DNA of 47,204 bases from Bilabrum cf. latius (GCA_965178125.1 OZ237771.1:558001-605204); one strand, 5' to 3'; numbered from the stretch's first letter, positions 1-13,955 are shown. Notes: generated from the sequence alone by a model not told the origin. Numbers and translations: made by a program.

Positions 1-173
1 GCAGTGTGGGAAACTACCAGACGTGCTGCGTCCGAAGGCTATACGTTGTGTTACTATTGAACTAGAAAATTGAAAGCCTTTTGGGACAATTACACTGGGA
101 TCGACAACTCTCATAGCACACAGCAAGCAGGAAGAGACACGTCCCCAGCTGCCTGTTCCTGGCTTGAACTTGC

Positions 174-1277
174 ATGCGAAGCAGTGCTGCCAGTGCAGCA
201 TGCAGCAAATCTCTTGCTCGAGTTGCAGCAAAGAGAAGGGATGCGCGGCATAGAGGAGAACTCCTCGAAAAGCGGGTGGCGTTGCTCTTCACTCGCCTGG
301 GATACTGGAATGTTCGACGTAACGTTCGTGTGAAGGACAACTTTGGCAACTGGAGCGAAGTGGACGTAGTTGCTGGTGCGATTCCATGGCTGCGCGTGTA
401 CGTGGAATGCAAGGCTCATTCGCCGCATCGACCAATCCAGTTGTAGCAAGTTGCGAAGTTCAAAGAAGTGCTCCGGTTGCTGGGCATTCCGATTCGCAGG
501 GGACTTGTGGTCGGCACGGCCAGGTTTAGTCCTAGATGTTCATCTGTTGGATTGTAGCTATGGACAGAATCTGACCTGGAGAGCTGGGAGCACCGGGCAG
601 ACAGGCTGCAGAACATAGTTCGGGCGCCCAAATGGCTGCTCCTGCTGCTCGTCGTCCTCTGCACGATGGCCGAGTGGGCCGATGAAATTGGAGATGGATT
701 AGATCACGGAGTCGAGGTTCTTAGAGCAGCCGCCCCCGGACAGGACGTAGAGCGCTCCTGGTGGGAGACAGGGGCGCGGGCGGCTAGCGAGACGGTACGG
801 CGGGCGGGAGCGTGGAGCCGCTCTGCCGTGAGAAGGGGGCTGCGGGTGGGAGCTGAGGCCCTGCCTGGCGGGGAGAAGGCATTGGATCGGATCAGCAAGG
901 CGCTTGATGCGCTCAAAGAGGCCCTTGGGCTGCGTGTGGCGGGGGCTGGTGATGACGGGGGCAAGGGGGGCTCGCTGGGGGTTCTGGGTGAGGCTGTGGA
1001 GCGGGCGGATCTGGAGGCCCGACAGGGCCTGGCTGTGCTGCAGGCGGTGCTGGAGCAATTTACGCAATGGAGATAGGGTAATGGGGGCGACGGTGGTGGA
1101 TATGAGAGGGGCTATGATGGAGTTGATCGGGGGGATGTCCGGGAAGCTGCCGGTGGGCAGAAGACATCGCCAGGACCAGGACCAGGACCAGGGGAGGGGG
1201 CGGGAGGGCTTGACATGGACATGGGTAGAGCCGATGATTGCAACAGCGGGGCAGAGTGCGATAGGGGAAGATGTTAA
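174..1277 (+). CDS. Mrr-like PD-(D/E)xK endonuclease-fold protein with a hydrophobic helix (~367 aa, reading TAG as Gln)
   Basis: Track ORFs 174..446 and 666..1076 share a frame and join through TAG at 444, 556-region and 1074, ending TAA 1275-1277. Motifs GELLEKRVALLF..LGY, SEVDVVA, YVECK, VAKF, RGLVV..ARFS fit Mrr_cat; KWLLLLLVVL follows. Confidence 0.72.
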
Positions 1278-1512
1278 CATCAATCTGTCTGTTTTGTGCG
1301 ACCCATCTGAATTCAAGGCAGCTGCAACCCAAGCAAAGCATGCTTGCACGAAAGTTGGTCCATTCGTCACATGATGAGCACCCGTGATGACTTGGCCGAA
1401 AATCCAGAAACGCTGCTCCACGTCACACGTACACTTCAGCAGTATCGGACTCGTTTCTGTCGCATCTAGCATCGGCATTAAATTCGTATTGATTTTGTAT
1501 TGAATCCATCTA

Positions 1513-3159
1513 ATGGTGCTCCCAAACTGTGTCTCTCATGCGTGTGGGGCAGTATTTGCAGTGGCTGCCACCTGTGGACTGGTCTGGTTCGGACTCCACG
1601 CTTACTACTAGGACAGAATGAGTGAGCATAGCCACTCCATGCCAATATCTCTACCACTTTTATAATCTGGCTCCGGCCAATGGGGGGTTTTATGCCTTAT
1701 TGAAGCTTGCACTTACACCTGAATCCTAGTTTTTTTAACCGCAGCAACATGGCTCGGCTTTGCCGCAACATGTGCTCTTTTCGCAATGTGTACGACGTGG
1801 CTTATATTGGTTTGGTTTCAATAGGCTGAGTCTCGTGGTGTATCACCGTGCTGCTGCTCCACGGGCGAATCAAAGGCAAAAGTAGTCCCGCGTCAGCCAG
1901 TGTCAGCGCCCTCAGCAACTAGTGGCCGCGGTCGCATCGGGCTGGCAGGGCCCACGGATCAGATGCATAGCCCCCAGGAAGCTTCATCATCGTCGATTTC
2001 GACCATATCTAATCTCTCCACCGATTTGGCTGGCGAAATCGAGCTGTTGAATGGACGGCAGCAGCCAGTCCGAGTGCAATGGCAAGGTGCCAGCCCCGGG
2101 GCGGCGTTCGGCTGGGCTAATGCCAGCAACCTGCATGCGAGCAGATATAGAACTCGTACTGGTGAAAGTTACCCCGGCTAGTCCGTCCATGCACCTTCGA
2201 ACGGCAGTTTGAATGCTGTAGCAGCCTCCTCCGTTTCTGTGGCTGCCTCGGCTCCTCGACAGGCGCCTGCCAGTGGCGATGCAACCACGGTGAATGATAG
2301 ACGTACCGGGGGTGCGTATGCACCCGCTAGAGTGTCAGGCGGCGGTAGTCCCCAGCCCCAGCATCGCAAGGACCAGGACCAGGGCCGGCGCATTGCCCAA
2401 CCAGCGGACCCACGCTCACCCACTTCCTCCACCTAGACATCGCTATCATCAGCGGCTAGTGTCTGGGCGAACAGCATCGAAGAACAAGGTGACCCACGCA
2501 AGGATCGTGCGGCAGGCCGAAGCCCCTGCCCCCCTGTTCCGCTGCCAGCCCTCCCCTCGGTGGATGGCAGGTCCAAAAAGGAGCAGGACCAACGGGAGGG
2601 GGGAGCGACTGGCAGGAACTCCGTATCCGGCCGGGCCGGTGACGAGGTGCAGCGCACGAGCGTGCACCGCGTGCAAATCCAGGTGCGGCGCGCCGCTCGG
2701 GACCGGGACGGCCGGCGACTAGGGGTGCCCGCCCGGGTGCGAGCGGCCTTCGCGCGAAGGTTCGTCGACGAAGCGGCGGTGTGGGGGCAGGAGGTGCCCC
2801 GCGGAGGAGGGCAGATGGCGGGGTCCTCGCTGGAGGAGTGCGCCATATGTCTTGAAGGGTATGGCGCTGGTTGTTCGGCGTGCGAGCACAACCACGAGAG
2901 TCATGGGTGTAGCGCAGATGCAGCATCTGGCGGGGCGGCAGGTGAGAGCCGGAAGGGAGGATGCGAGGAGGGAAGGAGTCGGTTGGTGGTGCGACTTCCA
3001 CTCTGCGGACATGCCTTCCACCACGAGTGCCTGGACGGGTGGATGGCGAGGCACACAACATGCCCCCTTTGCAAGGCCGAGCACGGCGGGCTCAAGACCG
3101 CAGCTGACGTGCAAGCCCAGAGTGCTGTGGGCCACTGCGTGGTGGTTCGTAGGATGTAA
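1513..3159 (+). CDS. Membrane-anchored RING-H2 E3 ubiquitin ligase (2 N-terminal TM helices); intron 1622..1744
   Basis: CAIC...LPLCGHAFHHECLDGWMARHTTCPLC; ORFs at 1900, 2209 and 2560 share a frame and are linked by TAG (1609, 1822, 2179, 2434); GTGAG...CCGCAG intron restores the frame; ends TAA. Confidence 0.8.
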
Positions 3160-3531
3160 CTCGATCTGAATGTAGACCCTGGCGTCCTCTGTGCAGACTA
3201 CCCCTAATCACTAAAATCAATCGTCATCATCACCTCGAGCGTCTCGGACCCACTCACCGAGACTTGAGCTCACTCAAGATGGTTCAGAAACACCTGTGCC
3301 CCGCCGTAGTAGTTCCTAAAAACGCGGCGGCGCTAGCCACAGCACTTGCCTCTGCCTCCACTGCTTGATGCCAGTCTTCGAGTACCACAACAGTGCACTG
3401 CAACTTCGGCGATAAAAACACCGCCGGCGCCGCCGGCGAGGCATTTGCGACCAAATATGCGACCTCGTGCGAAAATCGGTTCGCGCTGCGTCTGACACTT
3501 GTTGCTACTGCACCACGACTTCACGAAAGCG

Positions 3532-6500
3532 ATGGGGTGTGGAAGTTCAAGCTTGGCAGACGATACTACTATTGAGCAGCCTCGCCCGGACTATGATGCT
3601 CTCTCTCGCATACCCGGCTCAGGAGAGCAACGAACGTCGGGAAGGGATTCAATGCTAGCAAAAATAGACATCGAACTCAACGAGTCATTTTCAGTTGGGC
3701 TTATCTCGTGCATGTCGGGCGCATTTCCTCATATCTGCATATCTGGCCCCTCCTCTGGCAATGGACAAGCTGAAATCCCGTCTGCGGTCGTGGTCACCAT
3801 CCGAGTGTTGGAGCGCCTCGGGCGAGAAGCATGGCCGACCGCCAGCCCTTCGAAGTTCTCGCTGAACTCCTTGGGGTTTACGTAGCGATCATTTTACTTA
3901 ATTCGCCGCCGCCTTTTGCTCGTAACCGCCGGGTGAGGCTTCCCTCCAATGGCTCAGTGCAATCAGGGAATCAATGCTCGGTCCCTTCGAATCCGTCCCT
4001 GCTGGCTCGTTTGTAACCAAATTTCGCAGGCTTCTTTTGGCCCAAGCAGCAGCAAGTGGTTGTAGGGTCACATCTGATGGCTTTATGCCTGTGCTGGACC
4101 CAGGTACTGGCATCGCCAATGAGATCCGAGACGATGACGGCGGTGCACAAGCGAGCGCTGTTAGTCACGGCAGCGGCGGAAAGCAATCGCAAAATGCAGA
4201 CAATGGAGCTTCTAGAAAGTATACACACAGTCAGAGCGGTCAATCATTGACTTCAGAAGGTGGAGCGCTCTTCGAGTGGAGAATCCGCAGCCTACTGTAG
4301 ACCTCCAGGAGGATTCGCAACTACGTGTGGCAGCGGCGCGCCTACGAGAAGCACGTGATCCGCAGGCGCAAACAACAGTAGAACGGATCACTGCAGGCCT
4401 CGGTGGACGAGTCCCTGGCGGGCGCCATGGGCATGATGTCTCCTGGCTCGCTGGAGGGATGCGAGTGGCTGCACACGGTGAGTGAGCAGGCCGTGGAGGT
4501 GGTGGCAGCCATCCGGGGGGCTCTGCTGGAGCACTCGGGGCATATGGCCGGCGGAGTGCAGCTTCACTCTGAGGCCGCTGGGGCTGGGGGAGATTATGCC
4601 TCTGAGGGCCGGCAGTCACTCGCTGGTGCACTGTCTCACCTGCAGCTGTACCCTCCATTTGCGAGGGGTGGCATCGGCAAGATGGTCTTGGGGCAGGACA
4701 AGGGCACGGGGCAGGTGCTCGCGCTCAAGGTCATGTCCCGGAAGGCCATGGACAAGCAGAAGATGAGGGGCAGGGTGCTGCAGGAGCAACGGCTCGCCAG
4801 TTTGCTTGCTTCGGACGGGATGCCCTGCTTCGTGCAGATGCACAAGTTCGTGCGGTCCCGCAATGCCGCGGTGATGGCCATGAGTTTCATGCCCGGGGGG
4901 GACCTGTATTCCCTGCTGGCAGGAGTGGGCAGGCTCTCAGAGGACAAGGCGGCCCCTCTGGTGGCGATGATGCTGTTGTGTGTGAGGGCCATGCACCGGC
5001 TGGGGGTGGCGCACAGAGACCTCAAGCCGGACAACTTCGTGATCGACAGGAGGGGGCACCTGCGGGTGATCGACTTTGGGCTGGCGGCCGATGAGCTGGA
5101 GATGCTGGGTCAGAGAACAAAGCACCAGCCGAGGTCGGTAAGGGAGAGGGAGAGCAAACTGGAGGAACAGCGCAAGAAGGATGAGAAGAAGCAGAGATAT
5201 AAGCAGGCTAAGCAAACGCTGAAGCATCTGCAGCAAGGACAGGGTCAAGGTCAAGCAGCCGCAGGAGATGCAGCAGAAGCAGCTGGTGCCTTTCTCCAAG
5301 ATGCGCTGCCTCCCCCCCCGTCCTCCACTTCCTCCAGGGGGGGCGATGCTTCGGACACAACCCCCACGGGCCTCCTGGGCACGCAGCCTCCCAGCGAGGT
5401 GCATCCAGAGGGCAGCAAGAGGAGGATCAAGAGCGGCACCTTGGCCTCTGGTGGGCCCTCCTCGGGGGCAGGAGCAGGGAAGCAGGATGCCCCTGTAACC
5501 GGCGGGCTGCAGTTGCTGGAGGGGGGGGACCCGGAGTCGAAACGGAGATCAGACAGGCGGGGCAGGGGTCGCGGCGATGAAGGTGTGGGGGCATCTGCCC
5601 TGGGTCTGGACCAGGAGCAGGGAATCCGGCGCGGGGGAGATGAGCGGCGCAGCGACACGGGGCTCGGTGTGGGGGCCAGGGGATATGGGCTCCTTGGATC
5701 AGGGCTAGCAAGTGACTCGAGCAAGGGTCGGGCTGCTGCTCGCCGGGCTATCAGGGTGGTGCAGCCCATGCCCAAGCTGGACGGGCAGGGCACGACCATG
5801 ATGCTGCAGGCCGAGTCCAGGCGGCTAGTGCGACTCAAGGGGCAGACTGCTCCCGGCACTGGGAGCAGCTCTTCTTCGCCCGACAGCGGGGGGACATCCG
5901 CGGGAGTGATGGTATCTGCCGGGACCCGAAATGACGCTGAGTCGAGGCCCGCTGTGGTGGGGGTGCTGCCCGGGCAGGTTGACCCCACCATGGGGGGTGC
6001 ACCTCGCAACCCGGGGGGTCGCCCCCCTGCCTCCCGGGGCTCTGTGAGCGACCGGCAGCGCGAGCACTTCCAGCGGCCCGCGCTGGTGGTGACCTCCACA
6101 TCGGTGGGACCTGACTCGAGCGGTTTGTAGGTCCCAGCTGGGGACAGCGGGGGCAACGCTGACCGCGTGCACAGCCGCGTGCACAGCGTCAGGGATGGTG
6201 ACGGAGACGAGCGGGACGAGGACGGTCGCACCACAGCCGTGGGCCAGCCGGGCATGCTACAGACGGGGCAGTTCTCCACCGTCCGAGAAGAGGACGTGGA
6301 CCTCTTGATGAGAGGGAGGCGATCTGGGGCACACTCGGGGTCTGCCTCTGGGTCCGGGACCAAGTCGAGCACCAGCTCTGAGGGTAGGAGGGGGAGGAGG
6401 GGGCATGCCGCTGGGGGTGCAGGCAGCAGCGGAGAGGCGCCCTCGAGCCCCGTTGCTGCCGGTGCCGTTCCATCCCCGAGCGGGCTGCAGTCGCTGCGGC

Positions 6501-8305
6501 CTGCTGGGCTGCAGGTAGACACGGCGGGTGCCATGCGGCACGCAGGGGTGGAGCCCCAGCCCGTGCTGCAGATGCAGCACGAGGTCGAGCAGCCAATGGG
6601 GGCGGGTCAGGGACGCGCCCTGGGCCAAGCCTCTGCACCTGGAGGCGTGCAGACTGCCGGTGGGAAGGCCACCACTTCGCCCGCAGCGGTTGCACGCAGA
6701 GAAGGTTTCTCCAATGAGAGGGCCGCTGCCGAGGGGTAGGGTGCTGCTGGAGGGGGGATTCGCATGAGGCAGCGCTTGGTGGACCGGGGCCAGCGTGCGA
6801 GAGTAAAGATGAGAAGGAGGTCTTCGCCCGGGCCTAACACCCCCTCTATCGGATAGGGCAAGTTCCAGGGTGTGCGGGGTGCAGCGCATGGTGGTGTGGC
6901 AGATGCCGAGGCGACAGCAGGTGCAGCTGATGCTGATCACGGCAAGGAGATGTCCACATCTGCTTGGGCCCGGCAGGGAGGCATGCTAGGAGATACGAAC
7001 TACAAGAATGACCCCGAGAACGGCGCCGGGTAGACGGGCGAGTCCAGCGGGCGGATGGCGTCGCTGCCCACCCCCAAGCGGCCCCCGGTGCCCCCTCCAT
7101 TCCTGAGGTACTCGCAGGTGGGCACCCGGTCCTATCTGGCACCCGAGACGATCGAGGGGGAGGGACATGGGTATGCCTGCGACTACTGGAGCGTGGGTGT
7201 GATCCTATTCGAGTCGCTCCTGGGCTACCTGCCATTCACAGACCGACGGTCTACCCAGGTGACTTTCAGGAACATCCTGGCGGGCCGCATCCGGTGGCCC
7301 AGGCGGCAATCATCCTGGCCCAGCGAGGACGCGGTGGATCTGATCGAGGGCCTGCTGCACGTGGACCCAGACGAGAGGTACGGGGCCGGGGGGGGCGGGG
7401 GCACCGGGGACGAGGCGGGAGAGGTGTCGGACCAGCGATGGAAGGACCTGCAGCAGCATCCGTACTTTGTGAACAACGGTGTGGACTGGTCCCGGCTGTA
7501 CGTGGAAGATGGTCCGTTTGTTCCCCAGCCCAGTGGGGAACTAGACACTGGCTACTTCGAGGCTCCCAGCCGGCCCATCTCCAGCATTGACTACCAGGAG
7601 AGGCAGAAATCGGACAACGGACTGACGGTGGACTTCAGCAAGGGCAGAGGAGGTAAGAGCAGGGGTGCAGACGACCCCATGCCGGCTCTGCATGGCGCTG
7701 TGGACGCCGCTTCCTCGGACCATTCGGCGGCCCCGCGTCCCGCCGTGCTGCACACCCTAGCGGGTGGCCCCGAGGCCAGCGCAGATGTGACGCTGCACTC
7801 GGGCAAGGGAGGGGGCAGCACCGGCACGACAGCCAACAAGAGCAAGCAAACCAGCGCAGGCGTACACATGCACGTGCAGGTGGGAGATGAGGGCCGCAGC
7901 GACTCGGGCGGCTCTGTGGGCGTGGACGGAGCCGAGTCTGGGGACGATGAGGATCTGGGGGGGCGAGGGCGCCTGGGGGGGGCGACGACTGCGCTGGGGC
8001 GAGTGGCACAGCAGCGGGGGCGCAAGGGCAAGGGCAAGGGCAAGGACAAGGACAATGGCAGATACAAGGACAGGCTCTATGCTGGAAAGGCGGATGGGGG
8101 GCTGAGGCAAGCGGCAGCAGCAAGCCGCAAAGGCCAAGGGAAAGGAAAGGGGAAGGGAAAAGGAAGGGGAGACCTCGAGGATTCTTCTTGGGGTGGCGAT
8201 GACAGCGGCTTGTCGGGGTCTGGACTCAGCGAGGGGCCGTGGCGCATCGCACAGGCAATGCAGCGCAACCAAGACCGGAAGAGCGGCAAGCGGACCAGGT
8301 CGTGA
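3532..8305 (+). CDS. AGC-family Ser/Thr kinase with a very long insert between DFG and the activation segment (Greatwall/Rim15/IRE- or NDR-like); intron 3933..4029
   Basis: MGCGSS N-terminus; ALKVM, HRDLKPDN and DFG in 4403..6130; VGTRSYLAPE, DYWSVGVILFE, HPYF and DTGYF in 7055..8305. Same frame, joined by TAG at 3883, 4298, 4379, 6128, 6737, 6854 and 7031; ends TGA. Confidence 0.88.
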
Positions 8306-8399
8306 TCCGGATCTAGATAGGCCTAGGATGTATCCATTGAGTCTGTGCGGGGCAAACCATGATGGGCCCGTACGCATCGAGGTTGAAACTGGATATGTG

Positions 8400-11300
8400 T
8401 CACAGTGCATCAAAATCGAGATCGTCAGCCATGGCAGGCTGGTCGGCTGGTGCTGCTGCTGCAGCTGCCGGTGCCGCTGATCCTCCATCATCACCCTGCA
8501 TCGCCCCTGCAGACTAATCCGGATCTCCATTCGGTCCATGAAGTGCCGGCGCATGTTCTTCGCTTTGCTTTCCTTCCTTTTCCTCTGTGTCCATCTGCAT
8601 CTGCATCTACATGCGAGCTCGCACCGACACCTTGCCCGCGTCCTTGTCCCGAAACACCCTGGGTCCTCTCCCCTCCCCCCTTGCATCACCAGCACCGCGC
8701 CCCCTGGCCCCCCATGATCCATCCTCCTGACCCCGCCCCGCCCACCGGATCGCATCCATCCCCTCCCGCACCACTCGGGGCACAGACATCCCGCACCCGC
8801 TCTGGATCCAACGCAACACGGACCGAAGCGCGCCTATCGAGGGAGAGCGCCCCGCCTCCACGGCCCCCAGAGCCACTGCGCCATGCTGACCACCCGAGGG
8901 CAGCACGCCGACCCTCTCCAGCACCGTCTGACAGGCCTCCTGTAGGGGCACCACGGGACCAGCCAGCGGCCGCGCCCGGAGTATCACGGTCTGGGCCGCC
9001 TGCACCCCTGCCCCTGCTCCTGCTTCTGCTCCTGCTGCTGCTCCTGTCTCTTCTCCGGCCGGAGCCACAGCCCCCTTCGGCCCCGTGGCACCCCTGCCTG
9101 GCCGCAGCACGAACTGCCCTGGCAGTCCCCGGGGGAGCAGCTGGTTGGCCGCCAGCTGCAGCAGCCCCCACGCCAGCCACGCCCGCCTCCCTGCCGCCCT
9201 GCCCGCCGCCCCCCTCCCTTCCTGCACCACCGCCTCCAGCTCGCCCTCGTGCTTGTGCGCGAGGTGACGGGCCACGAAGTGAGCGGCACGGAACCGCTTC
9301 CCGCATAGGGAACAGCGCACCGCAGACACGTCCCCGCCACCAGTCCCGCCCCCAGTACCTTTGCTCACGGTCTCCACCTGGTCCAGCATCCAGCGGCCCG
9401 CAAGAAACACTGGGGCTAGGTTGTGGGTGCACTGCACTGCAATGTCTGCCTCCTCTGCGGCCGCTGCCCCCAGCACCGCGGGGTCATGCCCGCCCAGCAC
9501 CAGGGCGGCCAGCGAGCCCCGGAGATGACGAGCCCCTGCTGGCACTCTGCCCAGCGGGATCTGCTTCGATACATGTGCAGCAGGCGCACTGCGAGGGTTC
9601 TCCAGGCCCCCATCCGAGCCGCCAGCAGCGAGCACAGCTGCAAGTGCCCTCGTCAACGGCCCGAGCCCCTCCTGGTCTGCATTTCCATCTATGACCCTCC
9701 TCTCACGCACCTCTCCCTCGGGTGCTTTGTCTTCATCGCGCGGACTGCCTGGTGCATCGGAGTCAGCTGGTGCGCTCTACTCCTACTTTGGCTCCTCGGA
9801 CAAGCCACTCGACTTTGCCTGTGCGGAAGGCTATTCCTATAGTGCACCACCCAATGCCCCTGCCGCCGCCCGACCCCCCATGCCGCACAGCGCACCAATA
9901 GGACCCATGCCCTCTATGCAGTGTCCTTCACTGTCCGCACCTTGCCGCCATGCACGCAGTCGCAATGCAGCCAGAAGCACGCCAGCCGCGCCTGCCGCAG
10001 TCTGAGAGAACAGCCGTCCAACCAGTGGGGCGCCCCCATCACCACCATCAGCGCCTGCAAGACCAGCCGCGCTAGCCCGTACCAGACCCGCCCCAGCCAC
10101 AGCACCTCTCACAGCCAGCACACCAGCTCCCCCCAGCGCGGCTTGCTGCAGTTGAATCGGCCTGCCTACTCCCCCATGACCAGGTGCCCTTCCCCTGCCC
10201 CTCCCCCTGCCCCGATGCATCGACCGCTTGAGCCGTGCAGCCAGTCGCCCCGCAGTGGTCCTCAGCGCCTCCTGCGCCTCGTCCTGCACCGCCCACAGGC
10301 CCAGTGGGGCACACAGGTGCGATAGAGATTCTGCCTCTGCCCCCCTCGCGCGGGACTCGGCAGAGTCGGGCACAGCCCCCGCCATGTCCCTGGGTCCCCC
10401 CGCCCACGCCCCTCCGAAGAGAGAGAGGCCGTGTGCCCGCTGGAGGTACTGCACGCATGCATCGGCCAGCATGCAGCCCCTGGGCTCGGCCTGCTGCTCC
10501 AGTCTACCATCACTTGACTCTCCCAGTCCCGCCCGCAAGCACTCGTCCACACCTTGCTCGAGGCCGGTCTCACGCAGCAGTGCATCCAGCGGACTAGGGG
10601 CAAGGGATGCAGCCAGCCACGGCGGAAGGGCCAGCCCAGCCGCGAAGGAAACAGCCCGAGGGGCAGCACCGCGATCCTCTCGCTCCGTGTCATCATGGTG
10701 ATTGCCTTCTGCCTTGCTCGACTCGACTTCCACCACCGCCGCGCTTGAGTCGGCATCGCCCGCTGCCTCGTCTTCGTCCTGATCCTCGTCATCCTCTACG
10801 GCCTTGCCGATGCCAGCACCGTCCTCGTAGTCCTCGTCCTCTTCCTCTGCTTCTTTCTCCTCGGCATAATCCGCCTCACCTGCCTCCACATTCGCCCCGC
10901 TGCTTCCTCCCACCATTCGATCCTTCCCATCCTACCCTGCATCATCCACTGCCCGCACACGAGCCCCCATTGCCCTCAAACAGTCATCCGAGGCCAGCTT
11001 CACCCGCATGGCCCCTGCAGACTCCCCGTCCCCGTCCCCAAGATCGTCGTTCAAAACAAGAAAGCCGTCGTATTGCATCGGACCCGCCACAGAGCTCCCG
11101 CTGCCACTCCCGGACTCAACGTACACACTCGTCACAGCGTGCAACAGCCGAGCCAGCACCAGCGCTGCCCTAAGCTACTGCGCCACTGCCTTGCTGGTGC
11201 TGCACCTGGGGCCCAGCACCAGCCCGCCATGGCCTGAATCTGCTTTCGCCGACTTCTTTGTCCCCTCTCTGTCGCCAGGACCCTGCGTCCATACAATAGC

Positions 11301-13622
11301 AGACACCCTGCATCCAGATGGGTGGTGCGTGTGCCCGATGGACCCCGCTCCAGAGGATGAGGGACTACCAAGCAGCACTGGGGCAGATGCACCGCTAGCA
11401 TCGTCACTCGCATACAAGTCCAGGGAAGGCCCGTCCATTGCGCGTCCTACTGCAGTCACCGCTGCAACGTCGATACCTGTACCTGCGCCTGCATCCCCAG
11501 TGCCCTGAGGAGCCGTCCTCAGTCGGGCCAGTCGAGCCGCCTACTTGGCAGAGGCACCCCCAGAGGCCTTGGAGGCAGCCCCCTCCCCCTGTGACTCCGG
11601 ATCCATGGTTGGATCCCCCGCGGCACCTCCAGTCTGCTGAGCGTCAGTCGCGCCATCGAGGCGCCGTGCATCTGCTGCCGCGGCTGACAGTGCATATGCT
11701 GCCCCCGCGCACTCGCCCCACCCCAGCACGGCACCATCGAGAGCCCCAACCAGCCTGCGTGCAACCGCTGGACCCGTGCACAGCACCCATCCACACCTGC
11801 TCCCGCCTTCGGTAGACGAAGCGCACAGCCGGGGCCAGAACCCGCCCTGGGAGCCCCCTCGCCCGTGGGGCCCCCGCCGAGGCCCGCTCACGTGCGCTGC
11901 TGCCAGTGCCCCGGCCCCAGGGGCGGGTTGGCCCGCCAGCACGTCATCCATCGCTGCTGTCACCACTTCGTCGCCGGTGGGGGCTCCTGCACTTCCGCCG
12001 GCCCCGGCTCCAGCTCCAGCCCCTGCTCCTGCACCTGTTGATGCATCAACAGACCCAGCGACTACACTCGCGCCTGCACCTGCGCCAGCTGTTGCTGCAG
12101 AGCCCAGCACCACGGTAGATACAAGTCGCTTGCGGGCCAGGGCCAGCAGTCCACTCGCGCTGCATGCGAGGGGCAGACCACGCACGCGCACCCACGCGCC
12201 CCAGGCCCTGTCCTCGCCCTCGCCATCGCCCTCGCCCTCGCCCTCGCCAGCACTGGGGCTTGCCAACACCTCCAGCACCATTGGGCCTTCCTGTGCCCGC
12301 CCCTAGGCCGCATCATCAGCCCACCCAGCGGCTCGCAACAGCGGCAGCAGGGGGGCCTTTGCTCTCCATCCCATAGAGGATGACGACTTGGAGGCAACGA
12401 CTGCTTGTTCTGACTCTTGGTCCGTGCCAGCAGAGCCAGGGCCATCGCCATTCACCCCATCAGCATGTTGCATCACCTTTCCCTGCCCTCCACGATCCTA
12501 CTTGCAGCCCTCCAATTGTTCCCTAGCCCAGCCCTCCACCGCATTGGCTCGCTCAGCCCATCCGCGCCACGCGCCAAGCATACCCGTCGGCGATACTGTG
12601 CTGCGGAACCAAGACTCGTGCTAGTGTGCGGCACCAAAAGCCACGATTTGCCCTGCCAGCCTCTCTAGGAACCTCTAGTCCACCTGCAGGTGCTCCACCC
12701 CGGCGCCCTGCTGATGGCTGTGGCCCCCAGTGGGTCCATTCTGCCCCTTCCCCGTTGCTCGAGCAGGGGGCTGCGGGGCGGCGCTGCCTGCATAGGCATA
12801 CAGAGGGGGCCACGCCTCTGGGAGAGAGACTGCTCTTCTCCTGTCCGACCCGCGGTCTTCTGGCGGCTGGGGTCCATGCCCATGCCCATGCCCATGCCCA
12901 CGTCCATGCCCATGTCCATGCCAAGCCCCTGGGGGCGCCTCCACCACCAGCCCGCCGGTGCGGTGAATCATCATCTGGGGAGGGGGGGGCAGTGGCATGT
13001 CCCTCCGGTCCCCAAGCAGCCGCAATGACCCGCCCCTTGCCAGGTGCACTCCATGGCTGCTACTGCTACTGCCACTGCCACTGAGCAATGCACCAGGCGG
13101 GGGTGGGCGGGGAGGAGCCATTTGCCCAGGAGGCAGGGCGCGCCCGAATTCATCCACGCTACTAGTGCTCACCGGACCCATCAAACCACCCCCTGCCGGT
13201 GGCTGAGGCTGTCCCAGTCGCTGCGGTACAGTACCGTGCGGGCCTGATGCTGGCCCGCCCCACGAGGCTCGTCCAGGCCCGTGGTCAGCAACCCTTCTAC
13301 CCATCGCCATTCCATCACGCAGAATGGCGCGATGATCGTTGGCAACAGCGGCGCCGTAATTGTGCGTGTTGAACTGCTGCTCGCCGAATCTACTTCTGCC
13401 TCCATTCCGTCCCTGCTCGTGCATTGATGCATGACCCCCACGTCTTCTTGGGGCATCGTCAATGTCATGAGATACACCAGGGCTACGACTCCTTGATCTA
13501 CTCCTTGATCTGCTCCTTGAGCGGCCCCTCTGACGATCATTTCGGCCACGATGCCGATCGCCGAACAGGTCCTCCCCTCCTTCGACATCCTGCACATGAT
13601 CAATTGCGTCGTTTTCCTGCAT
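8400..13622 (-). CDS. SRRT: SERRATE/Ars2-like RNA-processing factor (~1740 aa with low-complexity expansions)
   Basis: Six track ORFs (12675, 11541, 11175, 10932, 9837, 8607) share a frame and join via about 13 TAGs into one ORF ending TGA. RS-rich N-terminus, H*HESWFR (cf. Ars2 HxxEEWF), YLQRAHG, and C2H2 finger RCSLCGKRFRAAHFVARHLAHKH. Confidence 0.72.
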
Positions 13623-13955
13623 TCTCGATGTAAACCCGCCCTTAAACTACAATAAATTAAAGGACGGTTGCAAGAACACGATTAGTCCACGATTTAAACC
13701 GCTAGGTGTTCGCGTTCATCGGCTTTGGGGCCCAATGTAATGTGCACGGTATAACATCCTCCAATATCGTATTTTTGGTCAACGGCAACTTGGGGATAAA
13801 GTAGCCAGCATGAAGGGGAATGGCTGTTTCTCAAGAAGAAATTTTGAATTTCAGTGCCAATAAGGATTTATCCTACAGTACTGGGAACCTCTCTCTGAAT
13901 TGAAGACAACTGCTTGAGAGCATAGGAACTGTCTGCGTAGCTGTAGTTGGAGTGA

